This document shows positions 25,670 to 37,930 of a stretch of DNA of 64,000 bases, one piece after another. Location of the stretch: assembly GCA_013265495.1 (NCBI GenBank), contig MU058198.1:6029779-6093778 (forward strand). The letters run 5' to 3'. Each line of letters begins with the position of its first letter. Within the stretch, counting starts at the first letter, position 1. The position numbers and the translations under genes were made by a program. The notes beneath the pieces were generated by a model. It had not been told where the DNA came from and made no database searches. It saw nothing but the letters and a program-made list of their open reading frames with translations. The stretch comes from Vicugna vicugna (lineage: Eukaryota).

Positions 25670-26135
25670 CCCATTCCTCCCACTCCTACCTCAGGGCCTT
25701 TGCACTTGCTGTTCCTGCCACTTGAAACCCACCTTCATCCAGATTCTCACAAGGGTCCCTTCTCCTTCCTTCAGTTTCTGCTTGCAGGACATTTTACCAG
25801 AGGCCTGCTCTGACCCCTGGCTACAATAGTACCTCCCTCCCCCACTGCCTCTGCCTTTCTCTTTTATTCTTCATAGCTTTTAGCACCATCTGACATACTA
25901 TATATGTCAGTATTATTATTATTATTTTAATGGAGGTACTGGGGAATTGAGCCCAGGACCTCGTGCATGCTAAGCACGTGCTCTGTCTACCACTGAGCTA
26001 TACCCTCCTTCCCCCATTTCTTTACTTTTTATCACCTGTCTCCTGTCTCTGAAATTGAGCTCCGTGATAGTGGAGACTTTGATGGGCTCACTTTGTGTCT
26101 CCAGAATAAGTGTTCAATAAATATTGAGTGAACGA
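25670..26135 (+). mobile_element. L2 3' end, interrupted by a SINE
   Basis: cctcagggcctttgcacttgctgttcc...tagcaccatctgacatactata...tgagctccgtga...tgttcaataaatatt. Confidence 0.75.
25911..26015 (-). mobile_element. Camelid tRNA-Ala-derived SINE (short form)
   Basis: Reverse complement GGGTATAGCTCAGTGGTAG(ACAG)AGCACGTGCTTAGCATGCACGAGGTCCTGGGCTCAATTCCCCAGTACCTCCA plus an (AAT)n tail. Close to tRNA-Ala(AGC). Confidence 0.85.
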
Positions 26136-26805
26136 CTTGGTAAAATGAGGTCTGTGCCGCCTGCCTCTCAGGGCTGTGTGCACGTGGAAGTTGGGGCACG
26201 GAGCTTCCCAGCGTGTGAGCTGCTTACTCCCCAGCCCTGCAGGTGGCACGCGAACGTGGGCTATTTTCATCAGTCCATATTTCTGTTTGCTTTCTATTTA
26301 TGGCAGGTGATAATGATTTTCCATCTATGGCGTTAATATAAAGTTTCCTTTTTGAAGTAAGCTCATTCAAGATTAAAAAAAGAGAAAAATCTATACTGGT
26401 GAGCCTCAAAGAGTTTATAATTCACATTGCCATCTTCCTAGAAAACTTTTCTGAGAGTAAAAGAAATATTAATTACTTTCTAGCAGCCATGTATTGAAAA
26501 GGATTTTTCAGATAGCTTTGGAAAGAGAACATTTTCATAAAGATACAGCGTACTGGTTCCTGGAGTCCAGGAGGAAGTCCTAGATTCTGGATCTGCATCA
26601 ATATCCTACAAACCCTGATACTAAGTATAAAATCTCAAAGTATACATTGGTTGCAGTAAATGATGGTGCATAAATATTTGAGAAATAACCCAAAGTCTTC
26701 CTTCGATTATCCATCTGGTGTACACATAGCATGTGATCTTGCTGCCGATTCCACTCAGGGCATGAGAAACGCCAGTCTTGGCTGCAGCCTTTGTGTTGTT
26801 TTGAT

Positions 26806-26824
26806 TCACCTCTAGGGGGCGGTA
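26806..26824 (+). promoter_or_regulatory. CTCF-like motif
   Basis: tcaCCTCTAGGGGGCGGta versus core CCASYAGRKGGCRS. Motif match only. Confidence 0.45.
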
Positions 26825-27179
26825 TCAGCTGTTGCTTTAGATCTTGCAGTGTAGGCATGCTAACTGCGGAGTATTTGTTGTTCCTGTTTTGAGGATGGGA
26901 GAACTATAATTTTTCATTCAACTAATATGCACTAAGGACTTACAACACAGCACTGGGACATAAAGAACAATCACTGGGAGAACACTGAGGTGGGTTTTGA
27001 AGGAAGAGTAGGAGTTTTGTACTGTGAGATACATTTGGGTGGTCTCTGTCTGAGAGCTTAGGGCCATCACTGAGAGCATTCAGTAAGGTATTATTTCAAC
27101 CCTCTACTAAATGCTTCCCTGGCCCTAGGACATGGCACAGACTTCAGATTCAGACAGCCCTGTATACATTCTACCTCCG

Positions 27180-27790
27180 TACCAGTGAGAACTCACTCAG
27201 GTATGAAACACACACACACACACACACACATACATCAAACTGGCCTGAGTAAAGAAAGAAATATATTAGCTCTTGTGACTGAAAAGTCCAACATAGTGCT
27301 GGCTTCAGGCAGGGCTGGATATGGGGATTAAACACAGTTAAGAAGTTTTAGTTTCTGTCTGGTCTGTCTTTCTGTGTCCTCAATTCTGCTGCCTCTGTGT
27401 TGGCGTCACTCTTGGACAGGTGTCTCCATGAAGCATAGAAGGATGTTCATAATTCATGAACTTAATCAGTTGATAAAAGTAACTTCTTCCTGTTGGTGGC
27501 CCTTGGAGCTCTTGTCTCAGCTCAGCTAATAATTCTTGGGGAAGAGGAATAGGGACTTTTTCAGTGGCTTTAACCAATCCCTGGGTTGAGTCTGTTGGCC
27601 TGGCTTGGGGCGCATGCCTAGCCCTGAACCAGTCACCTAGCCAGGGAGACAGACTAGCCAAAGTGGCCAGGCCTACGTCACATGCTTGCCCTTGTGGTGC
27701 CAGCACCAGTGTTATTTCCACCTACACTGCATTACTGAGAACAGGGGAGAGGTTGTTTCCCAAAGGAAAACTGAGGTGATGTAACTAGAC
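27180..27790 (-). mobile_element. MLT1K/L-like MaLR LTR, containing a (CA)n at about 27208-27230
   Basis: tcaaactggcctgag.aaagaaagaaatatattagctc.tgtgactgaaaagtcc...ggcttcaggcagggctggat...catgcctagccctgaaccagtcac...tttcccaaaggaaaactgagg. Confidence 0.65.
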
Positions 27791-28694
27791 GAAAATGACA
27801 CTTCAGCATTCAAAGCCTCAGTTTCCTCCTCTATAAAATGGGGACCATGAGCCTAGGGCATAGTAGTATTGCGACTCCCCCAACAAGCACCCACAGAGAG
27901 CATGATTAATGGTAATTAAAGCAGTCTGAAGCCTGGGCTCCAGTAACCTGGAACATTGACTTGTCGCTCATAAATTGTCCCTCAGTTAAGATATGGCACT
28001 TGCGGGGAGGAGGGGCAGGGCAGATGGAGTAACTCAGGTGTACAGAGGTGCTCCGTGAACTCTGCGGTGCCCCCGACACAGTGTGTTCACAGCCTCATTA
28101 TTAAACTGTTCCAAGTTATTGTTCTTCTCCCCCGGGACTTGACACCTGCGAAGTCAGGTCCCCAACGTCCGCCAGCCCTGGAAACCAGCACTAGACTCTC
28201 AGCTGCTTGTTAATGCAGCTCAGGCTCTGGTCCTTGCTAAATCAGCCCTGTTTAGGAGAATTCCAATATTCTGGCCTCAGAGGAATACGTGATTCCTGAA
28301 ATATAGACTCTGTCGAGCTCCTTTAAAGCATAACTGATTCTTGGCGTTACTTTCCAATTCCATTTTTTTTCCCCCAGAGAGAATTAATAATATGGCCATT
28401 GATAAAATTCTACAGCGTCTCTGAGGCCAGCATTAGGGATAAAGATGATAAAGATGCAGTGGCACTTTGCTTTCGTGTCACGTCCAAATTCCTTAGACCA
28501 TTTGCCGTACTTAACTCGCACCTCCTCGGCACCCATCCCTCTAGTCAAACCCAACTTCTGGCCAATCCATGAACGTCTTGGGCTTTCTCAGGCCCCCAAA
28601 CCTTTGCCCGTGCTGCTCCCGCTGTCTGGAATGCCTTTCTCCTGTTGCCCAGCAAACCTTTCAGCTTTCAAATCTCAGCTCAAATGTCTCCTTA

Positions 28695-30510
28695 TTTATT
28701 CATTTAGTGAGGACCCACTGTGTGCCAGACACTGTCCTAGGGGCTTGGAATGCACAAGGTGACCACGGCAGACACAGTTTCTGCCTTCACGGAATGCCCA
28801 TTCTAGCGCAGCGGGCGACCCAGTAAGTAAAAGGCATAGTGAGTAAGATAAAGTAGATATTATGTCAGTGGGGAGTTGGGAATGGAAGTGTATGTGCACA
28901 GCTTGCAGTTTTATTTATTTATTTTTTATTGAAGTTTAGTTGATTTCTGATGTTGTGTTGATTTCTGTGTTAGTTTCTGGTATACAGTGTAGTGATTCAG
29001 TTGTACATATATATATATTCTTTTTCATATTCTTTTTTATTATAGGTTATTACAAGATATTGAATGTAGTTCCCTGTACAGTAGGACCTTGTTGTTTATC
29101 TGTGTTATTTACAGTAGTTTGTTTCTGCTAATCCCAAACTCCAAATTTGTTCCTCCCCCCCACCCCCTTTGGTGCCCATAAGTTTGTTTTCTATGTCTGA
29201 GTCTCTTCGTTTTATAAATAAGTTCATTTGTATCTTTTTTTTTTTTTGGTTTCCACATATAAGTGATATCATATATTTGCCTCTCTCTGTCTGACTTACT
29301 TCACTTAGTATGATCATCTCTAGGTCCATCCATGTTGCTGCAAATGGCATTATCTCATTCTTTTTTATGAGTAGTATTCCACTGTGTATGACATATATAT
29401 GTATCTCACATCTTCTGTATTCAGTCATCTGTCCATGGACATTTAGGTTGCTTCCATATCTTGGCTATTGTAAATAGTGCTACTATGAATATTGGGGTGC
29501 ATGTATCTTTTCAAGTTAGAGTTTTCTCTGGATATATACCCAAGAGTGGGACTGCTGGATCATAATGGCAAGTCTGTTTTTTATTTTTTTAAGGAGTCTC
29601 CATACTTTTTTCCATACTGGCTGCACCAAACCACATTCCCACCAACAGTGGAGGAGGGTTACCTTTTCTCCATACCCTCTCCAGCATTTGTAGTTTGTGG
29701 ACTTTTTAATGATGGCCAGTCTGACCAGAGTGAAGTGATAACTCATTGTAGTTTTGATTTGCATTCCTCTGGTAATGAGTGATATTGAGCATCTTTTCCT
29801 CTGCCTATTGGCCATCTTCTTTGGAGAAGAAGTTTTAGGTCTTCTGCCCATTTTTGATCGGGTAGTTTGCTTTTTTGTTACTGAGTTTTATGAGCTGTTT
29901 GTATATTCTGGAACTTAAGCCCTTATTAGTTACATCATTTGCAAATATTTTCTCCCAGTTTGTATATTGTCTTTTCATTTTGTTTATGGCTTCCTTTGCA
30001 TAGTTTGCAATTTTAAATAGAGTGGCTGGGGAGGACTTCCCCAAGAAGGGAAGATCTGAGGCAAGCCTTGAAGGAGTGAGGAATCTGAGTGTTTACCTGG
30101 GAGAAGGGCACTCCGGCAGGAGTGGTGAGTCAAAGGCTCTGAGGTGGGCGCATGCTGAGTGCTGAGGTTCTGGAGTGAGGAAGAGGTGGAAGGTGGTCAG
30201 AGATGTGAGTGAAGGCCCAGTGCATAGGGCCCGGTGGCTGCTGGGATGCGGGCAGAGTCCAGGGCAGAGGGGCGCCATGATTTGAAGTCCGTAGGACCCT
30301 GGGCTGTAACAGTGAGAACAGACTGCAGGGGTGAGGGCAGGAGCAGGAGACCAGGGAGGTTCTCCCGAACCAGTGTGGTCATGGGCAGGCGGGAAGACGT
30401 AGTTGGGTTTTGGAGATACGATATTTTTCACATGGAGCTGGTGGGCTGGATGTGGAGTGGGTGAGTGAGTTAGTGAGTCAGGCTTCGACGATGACTCCCA
30501 AGGATTTGGA
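28695..30510 (-). mobile_element. L2 remnant split by a younger L1 insertion
   Basis: tttattcatttag...cactgtgtgccagacactgtcctaggg... lies before the L1, and ttttaaatagagtgg...gatctgag..aagccttgaagga...gatgactcccaaggattt resumes after it. Confidence 0.7.
28913..29996 (-). mobile_element. 5'-truncated L1 (~1.1 kb): degraded ORF2 C-terminus, 3' UTR and tail
   Basis: Frameshifted ORF2 pieces in the ORF track ([77 protein letters not shown]). Diverged TSD tgcacagcttgcagtttt (28895-28912) / tgcatagtttgcaatttt (29997-30014). Confidence 0.95.
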
Positions 30511-32019
30511 TCTGGCCGTATCCTCAGGAGCCTTCCTAGTTCCCTCATGCAGATCCTTGGTGTCACATGTTGTGCATTTTATTATAATCATTTGTCTCCT
30601 TTTTTTTGGTCTCAGATGCCCTTGATCATCTGATGAAAGTTACAGGGACTCTCTTCACAGAAAAATACCCTTCTGCGTTCAATTGAATGGGTGTTCCCAG
30701 GACCCACTGCGGGCCACCCCCCTCCACCCTCGTTTCAGGACCCCTGGCCAGGGTGTGTTTGCTTGACTGATTGCACACCAGCAGCCATTCATACCACACA
30801 CAATAGGAGTGGAGGCAGAGCTGTGCAGATCGGCCCTGACTGGTGGGTGGGTTCAGCCTACACCAAGCTGATATCAGAGTTTTTGGTTTAACCCTCATCA
30901 CAAGTGTAACAGCCACACAGTAAGCACTTGATAAATGTTTGCTGAAAGACAGTGATGATACACTTGGCACTTTATAAGGTTCTCCCACCTGTGTGGATTG
31001 GCTTTAGTATTAATTAATGCCTCTGTTTTATAGCTAGAGAAGTAAACTCTAAGCAAAGGCAAGTGTGCTGTGCCGGGGAAAGGTGGTGTCTGAGGGTCAA
31101 CCTGGCGGGTGCTTTAAGCAATCCTAGCAGTTATCACCACGGACATGGGTGATGATGGAGCTAGGACTAGAGCCCTGGACTCCAGGCTCACCACAGGATG
31201 TTCCCCTCCTTCCCCCACAGTTCTGAGCTCCAGGAGTTTATAATCCGGCGAGGGGATTAGTAAGTAGAAGAAAGAAAAGGATCCTGAATTACTTCCACTC
31301 TTCTCCTTGTTAATCCTTAGAGCAGCCCGGGGAGGGAGACCTTATTAATATCTCCTTTTTACAGACGAGGAAACTGAGGCTCAGAGAAGGTAAGTAGGAG
31401 AGTTCAGGACTCACCCCTCAGTCTCCAAATCCCCAGATAATGAGCGAGCAATATATACAGTTAAAGGCTTACAACGTAGCACTCAATTATATACGATTTC
31501 ACCCTGTATTGTATATAATTTAATACTAATTGCAGGGTTTCAGAATGAGCTGAAGTGAGCGGAGCTGAGAATGGCAAGGGAAGGCTGCAGCAGGGAGACT
31601 TTGGGAGCTGAGCTGGGCCTTGGAGAGGATTTGGGTGGAGGCTGGAGGGAAAAGGAAAAGAATGAGTTAAGACATCAGGACAGGAATGGGCTGGGTAGGG
31701 GCGGGGAGGAGCTAGGATAGTACGTAAGTGTAAATATAACTGACTTCCATTGGGAACTACCCAAGTGCCTGGTACTGTGTGCCTTTTTATTGTTCTTGCA
31801 TCCAATCCGCATTTGACCCTAAGAGGGAAAAAAAGACCCAGCAAGGACAAGTACTGTTACTACCTACATTTGACAGACAAGGAAACTAATGGCTCTGTTG
31901 TGACGTGGAGCCAGACCTGGACTCCAGAGCTCACTATCTTCTCAGCTCAAGTTCAGAGCCGATCTGGGTAGAGGTGGATGTACTGTGAATAGTGGAGAAT
32001 AAGATGGGCTGGTTTAGGG

Positions 32020-32165
32020 CCTTGCAAAGGGGCCTGTGGACATCGCCTGGGGGCTTGTTAGAAATGTAGGCTCAGGCCCCTCCCCAGACTTACTGAACCC
32101 GAACCTGCATTTCAGCGCAATCCCCGGTTATTTGAGAGTGCATCAGCATTTCCGAAGCACGGAGC
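32020..32165. mobile_element. MER5A-like remnant
   Basis: catcgcctgggggcttgttagaaatgtagg.tcaggcccctccccagacttactgaa..gaacctgcattt..gcaatcccc.gtt...tttccgaagcac. Confidence 0.75.
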
Positions 32166-33789
32166 TGGTGAGAAGTTTGGCTAGATACATGCCTGCGCTC
32201 TTTCCAGTGACATCTCCCTCCTGGTAGAGGCGAATAAATGCATTCCCAGAGGGTTTGAGGTGAAAACACAGGGCAGCCCACCACAAGCTGAGATCTGTTT
32301 GAAGTCTCCTATTTCATCTAAAAATGTCATTGAATGTTTCATTCCATACCGTAATATATCAGTGGTCATTTTAATATCTCAAAATGGTTATGTAAATTGC
32401 CATGGAGTAAGATCCGTGTTCCCGGAAGATACGTGGGATGGGTTTCCTTGTATCTTAAATGAGGTAATAATAACTACTTCAAGGGCTGCTGCGAAGATCA
32501 AAGGAGAATCATGTATATGGAAATGCTGCGTAAACTATCCACATCATACACTTGTTGTTCTGGAAGGAACTGAGGATCCTCTCCAGACCAGGTGTCTCGT
32601 AACTAACCAGCTGTCTTCAAGGTGAGGCAGGGCTCAGTCTCGGGGAAGACAAAAGGATGCCTCTGGGCATCTCAGGAAGCCAGGAAACTAGGAATAGAAA
32701 TGCCTATTGCTGGTTTGTTTAAATTTCTTATGATTTTTATAATATCATCCTTTCTTCTTATTTCCCACTTCCTGGTTGGCCAGATTAGCCAGCAGAAAAA
32801 CCCCAGTAAGACTCAGAGGCTTCAGAGACATCAGGATAGGGGAGAAGATGGGAGTACTGCATTCTGTCCCCAAGTGGCCCAGAGAGAGGGGGGCCTGGGA
32901 GGATAAGTGTGGATGACAGAGAAAGGGGGAAGCAGATGGAGTCCTATGGGAAAAGAGAAGAGAAGGGAACTGGGCTGTCAGCTGTGGACCAGCAGTGACT
33001 CCGTCTTCCCTATGGGGGGGGGGTGTCCTTGTAATGGGAAGGAGAAGCGAAGACAGAGGGAGAGAGACCCAGAGAGGTGAGATGGGCAGAAATAGTGACC
33101 ATCCACATCTGAGGCCAAGGGGAAGAGGCAGCCAGAGAAGGACAGGAGAGAAGGGGGGCTCATTCAGAACTGCAGAAGCTAAGAAAGGGGAGCGTTTGGG
33201 GATGACGGACGGGTGGTCAGCATCTCCCCATAGCCCGGAGCAACTGAAAAGTAGAAGCTGGGAAGACCTATTATATTTGCTTAAGGAGGTTATGGGTCAC
33301 CCTTGGGGAGAGTTCTGGTAGATTAATGGGGTTAAAGCCAGATTTTGAGAATGACGAAGATTCTTTTTTTTTTCTTCTCCCTCTGATAATCGTTAGGATT
33401 TTCACACAAATTGTGTTTCTATTCCAAATGTCTTACTTGCCACTTAACGCTTAATCCTGTAACTTGTGACTAGACTGCAGCTGACTTTGTCTCTTTAATC
33501 CATTCCTTGGCAAAAAGTTATTTAAGAAACATTGAAAATTGCAAAGCATCGTTTATAGTATGATCCTATTTTTGTTTAAAGGAACATGTGTTTGTGTGTG
33601 TATTTATAAATGCGTATATATGTATATTACAAACAAAAACATCTAGAGGAATATGAAATTATAAAGGGGAAGGTTTTAGTGGTATATACATATGTCACTT
33701 TTAATGTGTATAGTTTATTATACACTTATTATCCCTCCTAAAGCTGTACAAAATTCTAATAAGGGTTATCTCTAATGATTAGTTCGTGG

Positions 33790-34285
33790 TATATGACTTA
33801 ATTCTTTTGGCTACAAATGACAGAAACTCAGCTGAAACTTTAAAGCAATAAGTAAATTGTCCAGAGACTTCTTCAGGCATGGGTAGATCCAGGGGCTCAA
33901 ATTATGTCATTAGGAATCTCTCTTTCTCCATCTCTGGGATCTGCTGTCTTCTTTCTTGACTTCATTCTCAGGCAATTCCAGGTTTGTATCTCATCAGCTT
34001 AGCACCCCAGTGGAAAGAGAAGAGCTTTCCCCAGGAGTCTCAGCAAAGTCCCAGGGCTGAATTTCAAGGTCCGGGCTCAAGCCATGGCTCATCAGTAGAC
34101 CCATGAGTCATTGTAGCTGGAGGAAGTACTGTGTTGATGAGTGAGACCAAGGCCAAGGTCATGTGACACAAGAGGAGACCAAAGGAGCCTTCAAGGGCAT
34201 CTAAGGGAGCCAGTGAACTAAAAGAAGGGGCAGAATGGTTCAAAGAAATCCAGAGTTCTGTGGCCAGAAGAGGAGTCACAAAACC
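33790..34285 (-). mobile_element. MLT1K/L-like MaLR LTR
   Basis: attcttttggctacaaatgacagaaactcagct...cttcaggcatgggtagatccaggggctcaaattatgtcat...cttcattctcaggca. Confidence 0.7.
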
Positions 34286-34328
34286 CTGAATGTCTGCTTT
34301 AAAGGGATCTTCACTCTCTGGGTCATAG

Positions 34329-34481
34329 TTTTTTGGTTTTTGGGGGTTTTTTGGCTTTTTTTTTAATTGAAGTATAGTCAGTTTACAACGTTGTGTCAAT
34401 TTCTGGTGTACACGTAATGTTTCAGTCACCCCAATACATACATATATTGCTTTCTATATTCTTTTTCATTAGAGGGTGTTA
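34329..34481 (-). mobile_element. Short young L1 3' end
   Basis: T-rich tail then aattgaagtatagtcagtttacaacgttgtgtcaatttctggtgtac. TSD ctctgggtcatag (34316-34328) / ctctgtgtcatag (34482-34494). Confidence 0.85.
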
Positions 34482-34939
34482 CTCTGTGTCATAGATTTTT
34501 GTAATGACTGAGTCGTTTATAATAAGCGTGCATTTCTCTTATAATGGCCAGAGAAAAGTGAGATCCTCTCTTCAACAACTGATTTGGGCTACACCTGGTT
34601 AGGACAACTGAGAGAACAAAATCTGGAGTGTGGAGAAAACAGTGAGGCCCACATCTTGTCAGAGCCCTTGATTGTGTAGGGCCTGGGAGGGGTGAACAGT
34701 GGCACGACTGGGGAATCTTCTCCTCTTCGTAGATCGTTAGTGGTGTATGTTCAAGACCCACTGGGCCGTCAGACAGTCTCTTGGGCTCTGAGTCACCAGA
34801 GCGATGCGCCCAGGGAGCCGGGCTGCTGTCAAGGTCAGCCTCTGCCTCTCCACCTCCTGTGCGGTGTGTGCCGTCCCCCGGCCTCAGTCAGTGCTGCCTC
34901 TGCATTCCAATGTCACATCGCTCTGTTTCTTCATTGCAG

Positions 34940-35016
34940 GGTTGCACTAAGGACATGGTGACAGACTTTGATGAGAAGCATGATGAGTATTTAATATTGC
35001 TTCAGCAGAGAAACCG
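34940..35016 (+). CDS. KATNIP: KATNIP coding exon 3 (77 nt): GCTKDMVTDFDEKHDEYLILLQQRN(R)
   Basis: Acceptor ctctgtttcttcattgcag|, donor |gtaaga. The peptide is the tail of ORF 34781..35020 and matches KIAA0556 KDMVTDFDEKHDEYLILLQQRNR. Confidence 0.96.
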
Positions 35017-37401
35017 GTAAGATGCAGCCCCTTGATGGCAGCCCTTCATATTAGCCAAATAAAAATCCTGTTTAGATTTATTAACAGCACGCAGGCCCTG
35101 TTTCACCTCAGAATGGGATGCAGTCACCCTCCACTCGCAGGCGTGGATTCATCTCTGCAATCCCAGCTCTTATTTCTCCATTCACCAGTTTAATTACATC
35201 TTTTGATTGGGCTGTAGCAAACTGTTCCACGGGTAAGGACCGCCCCTTGCCTCCCTGCTTCTGTTCTGGGAGAGGGTGGGTTTGTCATGAAAAGCTGGAA
35301 TTTGGCAGGGCCCATGCCTGAGTCACCTGAATGGCCCAGGCTGTGATCGCACAGGCTTTGAAGGTCCCTTGAAATCTGAGCCTGTAATCATGCCTTGTTA
35401 TGTAAAGATGGAGCTGTGTTACATTTCTGTTTGAAGTTGGTCGATGTCATTTAAAGTTAAGTCAGTCCTGATTTTGACTCCGGAGTGCTGGTTCTTCCAG
35501 AAGCCTGCAGCCGATGCAGGCTGAGGTCAAAGCCGGTGGTCTGGTTTGAAAGCGGTATCGTGTCTTCAGTGCCTTTGCAGGGCTGTGGATGTTCATTTTC
35601 AGTTCACTGTGGTTTGTCTCCTAGCCTAGGACCTTGCCGAAAGCTGGGTTTGCAGACTCAGGTGCTTGGAGGGGCCGGGCAGTGAGTGAAGCTGGCTGGG
35701 TGGGGACAGGGGGCACCTGGAACTCTCAGATCCAAACTGCTCACCTCATGCCAGTTACTGCTTGTGGGAACACAGGCCCAGGGGGGCCGTATCCTCCAAG
35801 GTTGCCGGAGAAGCTGGAAATCTGGATCTGTGCTGCAAGATCTCCTAAGTTTTAAGATGTTGGTAATGAATTCAAATTAAAGCACAAAACAAACAGAAGA
35901 AATCTGCAGGGCCCCCAAACAGATCTGCAGGAGGGGGAAGGAGGGGAGTACTAATTTGGGCCTTTGTGTTATGTGAGCGGGCTGGAGGTCTTACAGGCAG
36001 AGAGTCTGAGGGTTGTTATACTGAATGTGGATTCAGCCCTTGTCTGATGGGCTGGATTACCGGTGCTTGTCAACTGGGGCCCTGGTGGCATGTCACCTGG
36101 AGCAAGTGTTTATGGTGTAGGATTGTCCCATGTGTTGTAAGACTTCAGCATCCCTGCCTACCCGCCGCTTTACTAAATTCCACTAAGGCCCCCTAGTACC
36201 TGTGTACGTTCCAGACGCCTCCCAGTGAGGTGTTCCCACCCACAGTTTTCAGAACCTCTGAATAAATAAACTCTCCAGGACCAGCCAGATGTGCCAGGCA
36301 ACATCTCATGTGCCCAGCTGCTCTGCACTCATCTCCCTCCATCCCAGGGGTGACCTCCAGCCAAGGCTTGTGCTGATTAGACCAGTGTGGGTTTTTATCA
36401 TCATTAATGCCATGGGGCAGGATGTTTTTATTCAGTTTCTGGCAGGCCGGATGGTGCCACTGAACACCTGGGCGATCCCTGAATCATCTACATACGACTT
36501 GTCTGGGAGGAGAGTGTCATAGTTCCTTCTGAGCAAATTGCTTCTCATTAATCGGGGGATCAATACATGTGGGATCAAAGAGGCGCCGGCCGACAGCACA
36601 GATGAGACTCTCCAGAGACGAGGTTGCAGCACAAAGGCAATTAAAAAATATGTCAAAACAGAGCTGTCATAAAATTTGGGGGCCATGCCACTGAGAGGGA
36701 GCTGGCTTGATGACAGGAAATTAGAAGGTAGAACCGGAAAGAAACACCTCCAAATGGAGACATAGGCAGGGAGGGAGTGCCTCTGAGCTGTCATCAGGTC
36801 AAGCTGGGAAAGACACCTTTTCTGGAGCGCCAGCCACATGCCAGGTAACTCGCCCCCATCATTTTGTTTTATCTTCACTCTCCCTGATGAGGTCGGTACA
36901 GGTCTTGTACCCATTTGACAGATAAGTAAGTGGAGACCCAGGACAGAGAGCAATTTGCCCCGGGTCATGCAGCCAGGAAGTGGTAGAGCTGGGCTGTACT
37001 GTCTGATTTATGTTTTGTTTGAAACTGTCATCAAAAATCAGGAGGGAGACCTGCCAGGGTTGTCAGTGACTCTAAATTCACTACAGAGGGGTTTGGGGGA
37101 ATCAACTGCACTTGCATTGGGAATCTAGTTATAAGACTGGGTAGAAAACCACCTCTGAGCTGTGTACTGGGCGAAGAGGGGGATGAAAACCCGGGCTGCT
37201 CATCTGGGTGGCCTTGTAACCCAAGAAGGGGGTGTGCAAACACTCGAGTGAGTTCTTAGAGATCTGCCCAGAACACTGTTGCCCACGAGATGCTGGTGGC
37301 CTTATTCTTTTACTCATTCAGCAGGATTCATCAAGGACCTTCTCAGCACCTTGCATTACCACTAGTATGAAGGGCAACATTTCAATGAGGGAGACACAGG
37401 C

Positions 37402-37930
37402 TGTATTAGTTAGTGTTCCTTTGGTTGAAGGGACAGGAACCCAAGGTCAATGGACTTTAAACAAGGCAACTTATTGGCTTATGAAATTAACAAATCCAGG
37501 ATGATACTCTGGCTTCAGGCCTAGCTAGATCCAGGTATTCAAACTGGGTCACCAAAATCAGTCATTCTCCATCTCTCAATTCTGTTTTCCCATGTTGGAA
37601 TCATCTCAGGCAGTTATTTCCCTCACAGAGGCCAAGGCAGCCACTGGAAACCCCACACTCACATCCCACCTCTAGGCAAAGAGAACACGTCTTTCCTAAT
37701 AGTTTCAGCAACAGTACTGAGGAGGGCTCCCGTTGGTCTGGCTGGGGCCCGGTTCCCATCCCTGAGTCAACTGCCCCCATGCCTGGGGAGGTGGCAGGGT
37801 CTGCCTGTCCACCCTATTAAGTGGGGTGAGCCTCACCCAAGCCACATGGACTAAAAGAAGGAGTAGGGCAGTTCCCCAGGGGAATCTGAGGGCTGTGTTG
37901 GAAGCTGGGGGAGAGTTGCTGGACAGGCAA
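37402..37930 (-). mobile_element. MLT1K/L-like MaLR LTR
   Basis: tgtattagttagtgttcctttggttg...aacttattggct...ggcttcaggcctagctagatccagg...ctccatctctc.attctg. Confidence 0.7.

Noticed and set aside
25206..25829. Longest ORF in the track (207 aa)
   Set aside because: No recognisable domain, non-ATG start, runs into an L2 remnant, no convincing exon boundaries.
25931..26005. Apparent tRNA-Ala(AGC) gene, likewise at ~4511 and ~59450
   Set aside because: Insertions in the D-arm region, altered T-loop, A-rich tails and (for two copies) TSDs show these are SINE copies, not tRNA genes.
29105..30044. ORFs with L1 ORF2-like peptides as a functional gene
   Set aside because: Frameshifted, 5'-truncated C-terminal fragment only; no endonuclease or RT core.
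36432..36968. 178-aa minus-strand ORF
   Set aside because: Begins in MIR sequence (MTRGKLLSVLGLHLLICQMG is a typical MIR translation); no recognisable protein similarity.
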